In this document: positions 1 through 12,000 of the stretch, one piece after another
Layout: each line of letters begins with the position of its first letter
Numbering within the stretch: the first letter of the stretch is position 1
Assembly: GCA_965178125.1 (NCBI GenBank)
Contig: OZ237759.1
Span: 558,001-622,000 of the forward strand
Direction: 5' to 3'
Origin: Bilabrum cf. latius
Lineage: Eukaryota
DNA: 64,000 nucleotides
Made by a program: the position numbers and the translations under genes
Notes under the pieces: generated by a model
Seen by the model: the letters and a program-made list of their open reading frames with translations, nothing else
Database searches by the model: none
What the model was told of the DNA's origin: nothing

Positions 1-2595
1 CGGGTCGTGGTCCAGCGATCCATCGGATGCTCGGTCTTGGCTAACCTGGGCCCCTTCAGCCGATGGTGTCACTGCCTCAGATTTGTCGATGCTCTGATCC
101 GTTGAGCCTTGGGCCGGGGCTGCCTGCTTCTTGTCAAGCGAGTCGATAGCACTGTTATTCCCGCTGTCTCTTGGCGCACTGCTTGGCGCCTGCTCCTACC
201 TCGGTTGCACCTAGCCGGGCGTGCTGCCATCTGCACCCGGTCGATCCCGTCCATCAGCACCGACGGTGTCATCATGATCACTACCTGTCCAATTGGCATC
301 GCCTTCCTCGTCTTGCCAGTGCACGCATGGACAGCAATCGACTCGGCCGGCCATTCTCCTCCGTGAATCGAGCACCAGAGCAGCGCAGAACGCAGTGACC
401 TGTAGCACAAGCACCGCCACCACCGCAACCGCCGAGGTGATGCAGAACTGCCTGATGGCACCAATGTCGATTGCAGTCCCAATGGCGAAGGCGAGGGCAT
501 CAGTGATGGAAGTCAGGGTAACGCTCGGCCCTGCCTCTCTGAGCGTGCGGGCCAGGCGCAAGGCAAGGCGATTGACGAGGGCACGGTCTTTGTCGTCTGC
601 CTCGTCTGACGACTTCGAGTGGCTGTCGCCATTTCGATGCGCTGGCTCAGCCATACCCTTGGGACACACATCCGCTGGGTCTACCTGCCGAATATGCTCT
701 TCTTGCTTGTGCTCTGTGGGCGGTGCCCGCGCCCCATTCACGTCCGTCGCTGGATAGGTGGCATCTGGGAATTGCTGGATCCCGCTCCTGGATCTCGCGA
801 GGCCACGGGACGATTCACCGCTTGCAATTGCAGTTGCACTCTCGGAGTGATGCTACGGACCTTCGCGTCCCCGTGCACGTGACGCTTGCGTCTCATCCTA
901 GCCCCCCTTCTGCTGCTGCTGCTGCTGCTGCTGGGCAAGTTCCTCCTATTCATGAGCAGTGATTCGGTCCCACACAGCGGACAGAAGCAGCCCGTCGTCC
1001 ACGCCGACCGCGACCAAAACGAAAAACGCCAGCTAGCTCATTGTATTGAACGGCACGCCAAAGTATCCGCCAAGCCCAAAACTGATCGCCAGCGACCCGC
1101 CTACGCACCCTAGCACGCACACCATCGCTAGCATCACTCGGGATCGAACCGGCGGGTAGTCTCCCAGCACAAGAGCGACATACACAATCATGAGCCCCAC
1201 CGCAGCACCAACCAGCGGCGTGTCAGCCGCGACCATGCGATCCTACTCATCTTGGAACGTTCTGGACGCGAAGGGAAGCACGTCGATGGAGTCGACGAGC
1301 GCACTGTAGGACCGCGGGGCTACTTGGCTCCAGTCCGCTGCGAATCTCCGCAGTCCACGCGCTGCGTCCTGCCCCAGGATTGCATCCTCTGCTTGGATTG
1401 ACTCGCGGCCGTCTCCACCGCACGAGTCGGGGCCATAGGCAGGGCTGGTCCTGGCTGAGTCTTGGCTGCTGCTGCTGCTGCTGCCGTCAGGCCGGACGGG
1501 CGCCGCGCTCCCGAGGTCCATGTCAGCGGAACCGACCGACTGCGGGCTGCTCCTCCTGAGCACTTTCCTGCCGCATTCCACCGCGTCGTTGACCCTCTGG
1601 ATCCACCTCTCCTCCAGGTCGCGGACGCGGTCTCTGTCAGCCTGCGTGGGCGGTGACTCGAGCTGCAGGAGCAGCTGAGTGGCAGAGGCGCCGCGCAATT
1701 TACCGGTTCCGCTACCCCCTCCACGCTGCGCGCCACCCACCACTGCGTCCACAGGCACCGGCACTCCCTCCGGGGTTCGAAACCCGGAGGAGTCGTGCAC
1801 CGAGTGCCCCGGGGTGAGTGCAAGCCCGCCCGCACCAGCAGCATCCACGCGCCCCAGCAAGTCGGCAGATGCGAGCAGCCCAGCCACGCCGGCGTTGCCA
1901 CTACCGGGCGCACCTGCCTGGCTGCTCCCTGCCGCGGCCCCCATGGCCGCCCCGACTGACACCTCAACACAAGGGCCTCCCGCGTATGCCCTCTGACAGC
2001 GGTCCAGATAGCCCTAGGTGGAGCGGGCGGCGTTCGCCGCGGCTAGCTGCAGTAGCAGGGAAGGTGGGGCCAACGAACCGGAGCCAAGAGCGGCAACGGC
2101 TAGTTCCGGTGTTCCGGAAGCAAGTGCTTCGGCGAGCAAGGTGGATGCACTGTCCGGTAGCTCCACGGCCTGCATGCCCCTGGCCCGGTTGCCTGTGGAA
2201 TTGGAGGCTGCCAGCTGCTCCTGCAGGGCAGCAGCCTGCAGTACATCTTGCTCGGTTGCCCTCGGGATGCTATGAACCATAAATACCTCCGATATGGCAG
2301 TGGACCCAAACGTATCTCGGAGTGCGACTCTGTCTTGCCACGCCTTCGCCTTCTGCGGAATCCAGCTCGCTTCATAGTCAAGCTCCGTGGCGAGCAGCGG
2401 AAGCCCGCCCCCACAGACGGCAATCACGCACAGTGATATAAAAAGCGTTATGTAGGGTGCCCTAGCGACCATGTTTCCAAGGCTGGCATAGAAATCTTCC
2501 AAATGCGGGATGAACAACGCGTATGGCCCAAGCTCCCACCCTTGGGATAGCCAATCACACCATGAGCGCCTTTGATTCGCGCGTTCTATGCTCAT
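1..2595 (-). CDS. Patched/NPC1-like sterol-sensing-domain membrane protein, 3' end beyond the window
   Basis: One frame from ATG 2595 to the window edge joins ORFs 2014-2595, 1243-1962, 1033-1236 and 211-741 through 8 TAG codons and no TAA/TGA. SSD motifs: FNTMS[TAG]LAFFVLVAVGVDD, RLARTLREAGPSVTLTSITDALAFAIG, AIRQFC, LQVTAFCAALVLDSRR. Confidence 0.9.
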
Positions 2596-3016
2596 CTAAC
2601 AATCCTCTTTACTGCTTTGTTAGACACCGATACAATTGGAACACTGACGGAATCCTGTTTTCTAATGTGCGGCGATCCTCCCTTGTGGATGCTGTTGCGG
2701 CTGTTCCAAATACACACGGCTCTCAATCAAGGTGGAAATCAACACAAAATGGACAGGTTGCTGTAAATTAGAGTAAACTGCCAGTGCACCAAATAAATCA
2801 AGTAAGTTCCCAATTGAGGGTGAGAACCAATTGTACATGGAGAGCGCCGCGTCAGAATCCAACATGAGATGATGATAAGACTCGGTTTGAATAGAATGAA
2901 ACATTTTAAGAACTTGAAACGTCCAGTATATAGCCCAGAAGGACGATCTAAACGACCACCAAGGGTTAATTCCAACCCACCGATCCAAAGTACGGATCCC
3001 TGGTGGCCCATCCACC

Positions 3017-3580
3017 TTATTTTTGTGATGCTTCCTTCTTAATACGCTTCAGCTCGGAGTTGAATGATCGGTGCCGTAGTACTGCCAGACCAAAAATGAT
3101 GAACCACGCCGATACACCGCAAATGATAGAGCCCCACCAGGGAAGTCCTAGCTGCGCATTGATCGACATAGCAAGAGGAGCCAGCGCAAGATACCCCAGC
3201 AGATGATAGCATGGCAGAGTAAATATCAGCAGATTTGGCGTCTGCTCCGCGTTGGACCGGTAGATGAACCCATATGCCACCCTGAGAACGAGCCAAAGCG
3301 CCCCAGCATAGAGGGCAGATTGAGGCGACACAAACACTGCGTGCACCCATAGACTCGGAAAAAATACCACCAGCTACTCCACTTGGTTCGTTTGCGCCCG
3401 CTCAGACCTCCTCATGATGGCTGGAACCCCCCTGGGAAAATCCTTGCTCAGTTGCTCCTGGCTCGCATCAGAGTCCACTCCAAGTTGCCGGCGGAATGAA
3501 CCTACGCCCATCACCTCGAACAGCTCGTACCATATGGCTGTAATTCCTGAAAGGGCTGCCACGCCGGCGTACTGTTCCAT
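3017..3580 (-). CDS. MAPEG family membrane protein (microsomal glutathione transferase-like)
   Basis: MEQYAG...RSERAQTNQVE[TAG 3374-3376]LVVFFPSLW...GALWLVLRVAYGFIY. The MAPEG R-x3-N-x2-E motif is followed by TM helices; ends TAA. Confidence 0.88.
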
Positions 3581-4439
3581 ATTTACTGTTTTTTGGATCG
3601 CAATAGATTGTTGACCGTTGGCCCAAGCCATCATCACCATCATCACCGAAACTCCGAATCCACTCATCGCACTGCATGGCATAGGCCCTAGTAGTCTAGT
3701 CTATGAGGCTGACCCTGGAGTTGTGCACCAATCTAGCCACGGGCAGCCAGCTCGACCACGACGTTCACCGAAAGACCCTGTCGCGTGGCGGTCACCACTG
3801 GCACTGGCATATGCCATCAGGTCATTGCATCACAACACACCATGTATCTTTCCTACGCCCGGTCCGGTCTGCGGGTATGCTACAGCTGCTCTTAGCACTA
3901 GTGGCTCGAACCCCCAGTACGCGTCAAGCTGCCTGCACGTAGCCAACAAAGTGCATGCAGTCGGATGGACCAATGCAAGCAGAGTCGCTGGCTTCAGCCG
4001 TGTTTTGACAAGACGCCGGATGGAACCTACAGCAAGAAGCTGCCTATGTGGGCACATGCTCTGAGAGTTCCATACATGCTGCCGATACGGTGTACAGCAC
4101 ATGCGTCCATTGGACTGATGGGCCCATACTGGATTGTCACGACGCCCCAGCGTCACGCTAGCAATTTGCCGATTGAGGCTGCTAGGCCCTTGGGGGGCCA
4201 TCCAAGGGCAGCACACCGGGTGCAGCTGGCGGAGTGCGGGAGTGGATGTCGCAGAGTGTGTTCTTCTAGCCGAAACTGCCATGGGGTTCCCGCGGGATCA
4301 CGTAACCGTGCTGTATTGGCTGATGTGCTTGCTGATCATTGTCGTGCCATGATCTCGCCCAAAGCGGCTGCCGCGGCCGCGGCGATCACAACCGGAACCG
4401 GCCCAGAACCGCTTGCCCCGCGAATGGCCACCACTCCCC

Positions 4440-5796
4440 ATGAGAATAAATCAGGGAATTCAGATTGTGTGGTAAAATATGTTGTCTGCGTGATTGCTCA
4501 AGCATTACTCTAAACCTTCACGGTTTGTCGATCGACGTTTTAATGTTGCAATCTGAAGCAGACTGGTAGTCGCGCGGTGCTGCGGCCGTACTTGAGGCGA
4601 TGTGTGCCAAAGTACCACGAATGGATGAAAGATGAGTGGCTACTTAGTGAGATTGGCAGGCTTCTCCGCAGCGAAAGAGGGCTCATGCACCGCATGCTGC
4701 CCATATTCCCTGTCCGCTTCCCCAACTGCAACTCCCAGAAATGACGGCTAGCGAGCCGCTGAGCTTGAAGGAAGAATTGGAGATGCAGAAATCTTGGATT
4801 ATCGATAATGACAAGCTGACGTTCATTTTCTACGCAAAGGAGGATTTGGAGCGCTTCGAGGCGAAGACTGGCTCGACTACTTCGGGTGTTGAGCAAGCCG
4901 AGGGAGCCCATCCTAGCGATGACGTGGGTCAATCATCAACAAAATCACGTAACCTAGCGCGTGCCCCAGCATGTACGGCGGAGACTGCAGCCCCGAGCGC
5001 AGAGCAAGACGCCATGGCTGGAGACGTCAACCTCTTCTTCGGCTCAGGCTGCGGGGACTACGACATCGAGGATGACGAGCAAACATCCTGGAAAGAGAAG
5101 TGGATCGCAGAGTATCGCTGCAGCCCAGGACCCATCGTGGCTGCGGCTCATGGGCCGGACTCGGCTGCAGACGCCGCATCAGTCCCATCGTGCAGAGCCT
5201 CCGGCATTGCCGCCCATGCCGGGGAGCTAAGCGCCACCGCAGCTGCAGGAACGTCCGCAGAGCCAAGCGAATCGAAGATTGCCTCTAAAAGCAGCGATGA
5301 AGGCGCGGCAGGCAGCCCCACTACACAAGCTGCACCGCTCGCAGCCCCAGTGGCCACCGTCGCGGAGGTGATGGTGATGACTGCGGAACCTAGGTACCGG
5401 CGCCGCGGGCTGGGGCGGGAGGCGGTGCGCGCCGTCGGATGCTACGCACTTTCAGTGCTGGGAGTGCGCAGGCTGGTCGCCAAAATCTCGGCAGGCAACA
5501 AGGCCAGCCGAGCCATGTTTGAAGGCATGGGATTCCGGGTTTGTAAAGAGGTCCCTGCCTTCGAAGAGGTGCACATGGTCGCAGATTTGGTGGAGGACAT
5601 GGATTTACGCGGGTGTGTGGCGAGTGCGGGGACGGAAGGGGCGGGGGCGGCAGCAGGAGGGGCGGGTGGATCCGGTGTGGTTTCGGATGGCGACACTGAG
5701 ACGAGCAGCGAGGGTGCTGAGGCGGTTGCGGATGGGAAACGTGGGCAGGATAGCTACCAGATTACAGTGCTACCAAAGTATGCTCGTGAATATTGA
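4440..5796 (+). CDS. NAT9: NAT9-like GNAT N-acetyltransferase; exons 4440-4466, 4562-4646, 4739-5796
   Basis: Spliced N-terminus MRINQGIQITGSRAVLRPY...[44 protein letters not shown]; then MAGDVNLF and AEVMVMTAEPRYRRRGLGREA. GT-AG introns 4467-4561 and 4647-4738; ends TGA. Confidence 0.9.
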
Positions 5797-6016
5797 TTGC
5801 CGGCAAGTGTTGGCCACTGAATGCTAGGTTCCGCTAAAGCGTGTCGCGGCGTGCGCAGCAGCAGATAAACGTATTTCTCACAGAGGCCCCTGCTGCGAGT
5901 CATAAAGCACCAAACTTCAGTCCAGCTGTCATGTCAACCTGCACAGTTGAGCCTGTTTGAGGCTCGCGGAGGTATTTCGTCGTCATCAACGTTCCGGGCG
6001 GCGAATAGTCGTTGAA

Positions 6017-9000
6017 ATGGATTCCGGTAGAATCGGTGTGGCTACGTTTAGGAACACAATTGGTCTTGCGGTCATTGTATCTCTATTTAGTGGCTTCTTG
6101 GTATCAATTGCAAGCGGGTCGGATGTCTTTGCCTTGAATGCTGGGGCGCACGCAGCGTGCCAGGCGGTGGTCCATGCCGCGCAGACTTTGTTGTGGTACC
6201 GGTCGGTTGACGAGCGTGTGTACTCTAACTGGTTCTGGTGGGCATACTTGTTAATGGTCGGTTTATTCCGTGGGATCCTCGCATTCCTAGAGGTTCGGTA
6301 CCTACCTAGCGTGTTTGACGACATTGATAGCATCAGCGCATTCATCTGGAATGCAGAGACTGTGCTGGCAACATTTGCGACAAACGCATTGTAGTTTGCC
6401 GCAGCATTTGTGTTGCCGTGGTACCTATTTGCTCCAGTGAATGCTGCTTGGAATCGTAGACTAGCTTCCTCTGCTAAACAATTGGAGCATGCAGTGGTCG
6501 CTATCCGCCATCAGTATCAGGGCGGGGTCGGTCGCAAGGCCTCCGACACGCAGTCAGTCAACTACCAAAGAGACGAACGGGGAAGCATAGCGGTGGACGA
6601 GAAAAGCGACGCGAAATCCGCGGCTGGCGCACAGAGCCGGGCGAGCGAGCACAACCGCGGCTCGATCAGCCGGGGGAAATCCCGCAGGGAGAAATTCAGG
6701 GACCGCGCGCAGCGCAAGAAACAGCGCCGCATGTCTTCTACGAGCACCGCGGGACGCCGCGTCGGGCTGGGCAACCTGTTCACCCCCATGGGCAGCACGA
6801 CAATCGGGCCTGCCAGTGGGGACGGCCTGCTCACTTCGAGGAGCAGGCCAAGGAGGGGGAGCGCAGCGTCCCTGACATTCGAGGACGGGCATGGCAAAGA
6901 ACCTCCGCCGGGAGACACCAAGGCAGGGCCGGGAGCCCTCAGCGGAGCCTCAGGCAATGGTGGTCGTCGTCGAGGAGCCCGTATGAGCCATGGCTTCGAC
7001 TTCAGTGACAACGCGGTTGAGGCAGGACTCGGCAGTGCAGTGCAGCTGAGCCACCGTAACGACAGCCCTACCGAATCATCCTCGTAGGATCACTCGTCAC
7101 ACCATGACGGGGAACACGACCACCCTCCTGGACCCTCTTCCATGCCCTCATCGTCCCAGTCCCGCGCGGGCACCCGCCAGACAGACGCGGCTGCCACCTC
7201 CTGCTCGGACAGCGCAATGCCCCAGATCCCACAGTCATTGTCGTCGTCACACCACCCCAGCGCCTCCAGATCATCGGCGCTGCAGATGCCAATGACACCG
7301 ATGCAGTCCCCAGGGTACGGACCCACCAGTGGTAGCACCCAGCAGGTCACGGCGGCAGAGACACCCGGAAGCAGCGGGGCTCGGCTGAGATCCGGCTCCG
7401 AGTCATCGGTATCCTCCTCCTCCCGGCATCGATCCCGGTACCACTCCTCCGCGAGCGAATCCTTCGCCTCTCACTAGAGCTCGAGGGGGCTATAGAGGGG
7501 AACATCGGGTCTGTACGAGCAGTCTACCCGTGGGCTGGGAATGGGGCTGGGGCTGCACCACGCTGCCAGCGCGAAGAACCTCCCGCGGGTAGAGCGGGCG
7601 CGACTCGCCGCACTGGATGCGATTCGGAGCGCGTACAGCACCTTGCGAAACGAGGAGCGAAAAAAGAAAATGCAGCGAAGGAAGAGCCGGAGGAATCAGA
7701 GCCGCAGGCACATGGGCCGCGGGGGGCGCCATACTAACCCAAGTGGGATCATCTCAGGCCGGCCGCCCGCCCAATCAGCAGCAGGAAGACGAGGAACAAG
7801 TGGTGGTAGCACCACGTCAAGTCGGGCTGGTGTCGCGGGGCGGACGGGATTCAATCCCGGATCCAGTGGGCACGCAGTGACCTACAGCAGCAACCTCATG
7901 TCACCGCAGGCCTCGCCCGCCATCAGCCCAGCTGCCTCACCAGCGTTCCTGCCGGCACACCACCGAAGCACCAGCGCCACCACGCGAGGCAGGAGCCAAC
8001 CCAGGCACAGAGAAGCTGGGGCAAGGAGGCCCAGTGCCATCAAAACTGGGAGCAGCAGCCGAGCCAGCACCAGAAGCAGCAGGCGGGGCAGCCAATCCAC
8101 AGGACGAGGCAATGATCCAAGCAGCCAAGCGCGCGGTGATCGCCCCAGAGCAGACCATTCTATCCAGAATCGGCATTCCGATGGTCGAACCTTCTCACGC
8201 CGCATTCACTCTCAAACCCAATCGTATACTGCGTTTGGTCAGTCTGCAGACAGCTACGACACGGAAAGCGATTCAGTTGCAACGCAAGGGATGCACGTGC
8301 CCACTCCTGCGCGTCTTGCCGCGCAATCCGACGCAACATCGAACCAAACAGGCTCCAATTCAAGGCCAAGAAATGGTGGCACGAACGGACGAGAGGCTGA
8401 TGGTCGTGCACAAGGACAACCTGCGGATGCGCGAGCCTCACCCGCGCAGTTGGTCGGACCTCAAAACGCACGTGGGTACAGTGGCAAGACGCCGCCTCCT
8501 CCCTAGCACCGGCACCCCCGAGCGCCAGATCGTGATCGGAGGGCACGACTGGCCCCTCCAGATCCGATTAATTTTCCGGAGACACCTTCAATCGATTCGT
8601 TGCGGGTCAGGGCCGGCCCAAACACTGGTAGTCATTCCCACCGTGCAGGCTCCGTAGGCAGCGCCGCCCGTGCGAGCGCAAGGACCCCTGGTAGTGTGGA
8701 GGACCGAGCAGACGGCTCGCAAACAACGAAGCCGGCTGTTCGGATCGTATCGGTCGAAGTGTGCGAGAACGAGTCCGCCGACCCGTGGATGCGCAGTGGA
8801 GACGTGCAGACTGTTGGAATTGATGCTGCAACGGTGCGAGAAGCTGCTGGTGTGATGAACCTTGTCCCTGCTGGCTCTTCACACGACCACGGCGCTGATG
8901 CAGGCAGGCAACTTGTCAGTGACCCGCGTGCTGCTGCCGAGGCCCGGACAGCGACCGGGAACATGAGCCGACCCGTCCTTGATTCCAATCCAGACGACAA

Positions 9001-12000
9001 CCTTCAAGTAGTGGGGGCTGACAGCTCCAATGAAGGTCGATTCGGCCATGTGCAGCCGTTCAGCCAGGAAGATGGAAGAGGTCATTCGGGACAACCAAGG
9101 CCGATTGCGATAGGCAGCAAGGAGTAGCCGAGCGACGGCAGCAGTAGGGACGATATGTTCGGCAGCATGGTGATCGCGGATGAGCTGGGGGTAGATGGGG
9201 GCGTGCACGGAGCAGGGCGAGACGGTCGTGCTGCGGAGAATGAAGACCAGGTAATCGACCTCTCTTCATTGGATGCAGCCCGAGCCCCAGCTCCCAGCTT
9301 GGCTGCTAGAAGGAGCGCTGCGAATGAGTCGCATGAGGAGAGCGGTCCAGGCGCGAAAGAACAGTGCAATCAAAGCAGCAGGGACGAATCCATGCAGCTT
9401 GCTCAGATTGGCAACGAGCCAGTACCACGTGAACTGGATGGCACGGCCGCCCCAGCTATTGCTCGCATTGGTGACGGACGTGAAGCTCCTCTTCTCAGCC
9501 ACTTGTCATCGGGGTCAGATGGCGGTAGCGGGATCGCGGGCAGCAGCCGGGGAAGCGCCACGGGCAGTAGCACGAGCCGTAGCAGAGGCAGCAGAGACGG
9601 ACGAACACAGAGAGCACCGCATCCTCGCGTCGCATCCTCCTCACCGCCCCAGCGGGCCAGGGTTCCTCACCTTGAATAGTAGTATGCCAGGGATAGGGAA
9701 CAGCAGTCGGAAAGAGAGTCCAGCGGGCAGAGCCAGCACCAGCGCCAGCACCAGCATAATTTGTCTCGGCCGCGCGGCGCAAGCGACGGTGTAGTGTTGC
9801 TGCAGTAGCGGGGGCAGCTGCTTGATGGTGATAGGGCTTCACCCAATCCCATGTAGGGGATAGGAGTCGTTGTGCCTGTGCCCGGTGCAGACTCAGGCGT
9901 GGTAAGGCGAACCGCCAGCGATGGAGTCGGCCAGGCGACATCATCTCTTTCCACCACTAGAGCTGCAATTGGCAGCTCCAGAAAAGGTGCACTCCCTGGA
10001 GCCGCGAGGGTGTCGCTTCCTGGACCGCTGAGTCTGGCCGCTGCCACAGCCGCTGCCGCTGGTGGCCGTCATGGCCAGCTCCCGGCCTCGTGTGCACCCG
10101 ATGAATCAGGTGAACCTGGTGCAGGACATGTGGCCCGCCATGGACACTCCACTCAGGCTTAGTCGGACGACATAGTGGGTGCTAAACAGGGCGCTAAGGG
10201 TGCTCTTGGAGGCGATGCCAGCAACCAAACAGGCGGGAATGAAGTTGCTGCCGAATCAAAGCAGAGCGCAGGAGCAGACTCCACATCCAAACGAGCCCCC
10301 GCTGTCACAACCATCCGCGATAATCCGGAGGCTGGGCTCGCCGCCGTCCGGACTGTTTTCTCTGCTCTGGGTCGTCTGGACGAGGGCCATGCAGACGTTC
10401 CAGCCGGCGGACTTCAGGACGCCGACAGACAGCACCCCGTGGAGCCGACCTCTGCTTGGCTGTGGCTGGGCAGCGTGGTGACTCCCAAGGAGGTCATGCT
10501 CGCCAGAGTGTGCATGTTGGTGGAGAACTACAAGCACGAATAGGCCATGTCGTTGGCGCGGAAAGCAGTGCTGAGAAGGGCAGCCACAGTGGCTTCCATC
10601 ATTGGCCACCTTAGTGCCAGGACCAAATCTGCCAGCTCCGTCATGATGCTTGGAGACAGACCAGCGGGCTCAGCGCTGGGTACCACCCGGGTGCATGCCA
10701 GCTCTGCACCTGCGTCCAGTGCGGTGGTTGATGGATCGAACGAAAGCCGTGAGTAGGCTGTGTACGGAATAACGGGAAGCAGCGACAGCGGTGCAGATGG
10801 CTACACGGGCGGCTCGATCACCACTGAGTTTGCAGGAGGAGCAAACGACCTCGGCAGCGGCAGCGGCAGCAGGAGTGGACTGTCGCGCGCTGACAAGCAG
10901 ACGAACCACCAACCTGGAGCCAAGAGAGAAGTGCCGATGCCCGGCATGGGAAGAGCAGGTTCTAGGTCTGCGCGGCTGCAAGGCACCAACCCTTCCTTCT
11001 CGGGCCTCGGCTCGCCGCCCCGCCATCCGCATGGTACCACCGGCAGAGAGCTCCAGCCAAGCCAGGAGCGTGAGCTGAGTAACCATCGCAGCACCAGTGG
11101 TAATCGTGACGCCTCAGCAATTGACATATCTGGGCTTGCTGCGCTCAGCCGGGACGCCCCCGCGACAGGCCATGTGTCTAGAAATGGCCCGAAGGACGAC
11201 CCCGTGGCCCAGCGAGACATGCTTCTAAAGGAGTTCCTACCCGACGGAATGACTCCTGCCAAGCTGCAGCACATGCTCGAGATGAATGCCATCGCGGCGC
11301 GATATAGAGAAGGGATGCAGACGGAGACGGAGTTTGGCAGTGGCGAGGATGTCCCCGTCGGTATGGTGACTCGCGCTGACGTGGCAGCGATAGACGCCAG
11401 GATGGCCAAAGTCGCACATAGCCAGCCGGTCGCCGCTCCGACTGAGGCTGGGTCCTATGGCAGCGTATGGGTCGCCGGCTCTGACATAGATGAGGAAGAT
11501 GGTGGCGATGGGGCGCACATAGCTGGTGAGAACGCTGCAGCCGGCGCAGATGCGCGCCCCGTGGTTCGTGCTGCCTGGGATGCCAGTGTACCCGAAAAGG
11601 CCGGTGCAACCAGTAGGGAAGGCGTTCGTCAGGTGCAAGGTGATCAATCTCAGGCTGACGAGGCCGGCGTGAAGCCGATCTAGAAGGGCGGTTAGGCTGT
11701 GGTCGACGTAGCCGATGCACCGCCACGATCGACTCAAATGTTGACCCGACGCGCGACAAACCCCTCCCGCCGCAGGCTCAGTCGACGCCTCACCGACGCC
11801 TCGTCACGTAGCGTGGGCAGGGCGGAAGAAGCCGAGCTTGTTGCGGTGAGGGAGCAGGTCCTCAAGCTGCTGGAGCCAGGACCAGGAGAGAAATTCCTGG
11901 CGAGGGTTCGCGAAACTCGCATGTGTGTATGCGTCGACGGTTGGTGTGTGGACAGGAGGGTCGCGGCGGAGGCAATCGCGCAGGAGCAGGGGTCCCGTGC

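Noticed and set aside
2662-3015. 117 aa ORF in the Patched frame as an N-terminal extension
   Set aside because: An in-frame TAA near 2620 separates it from the Patched ATG; no recognisable motif.
3618-4513. ORFs between MAPEG and NAT9
   Set aside because: No recognisable motif; 3965-4513 overlaps NAT9 exon 1 in another frame.
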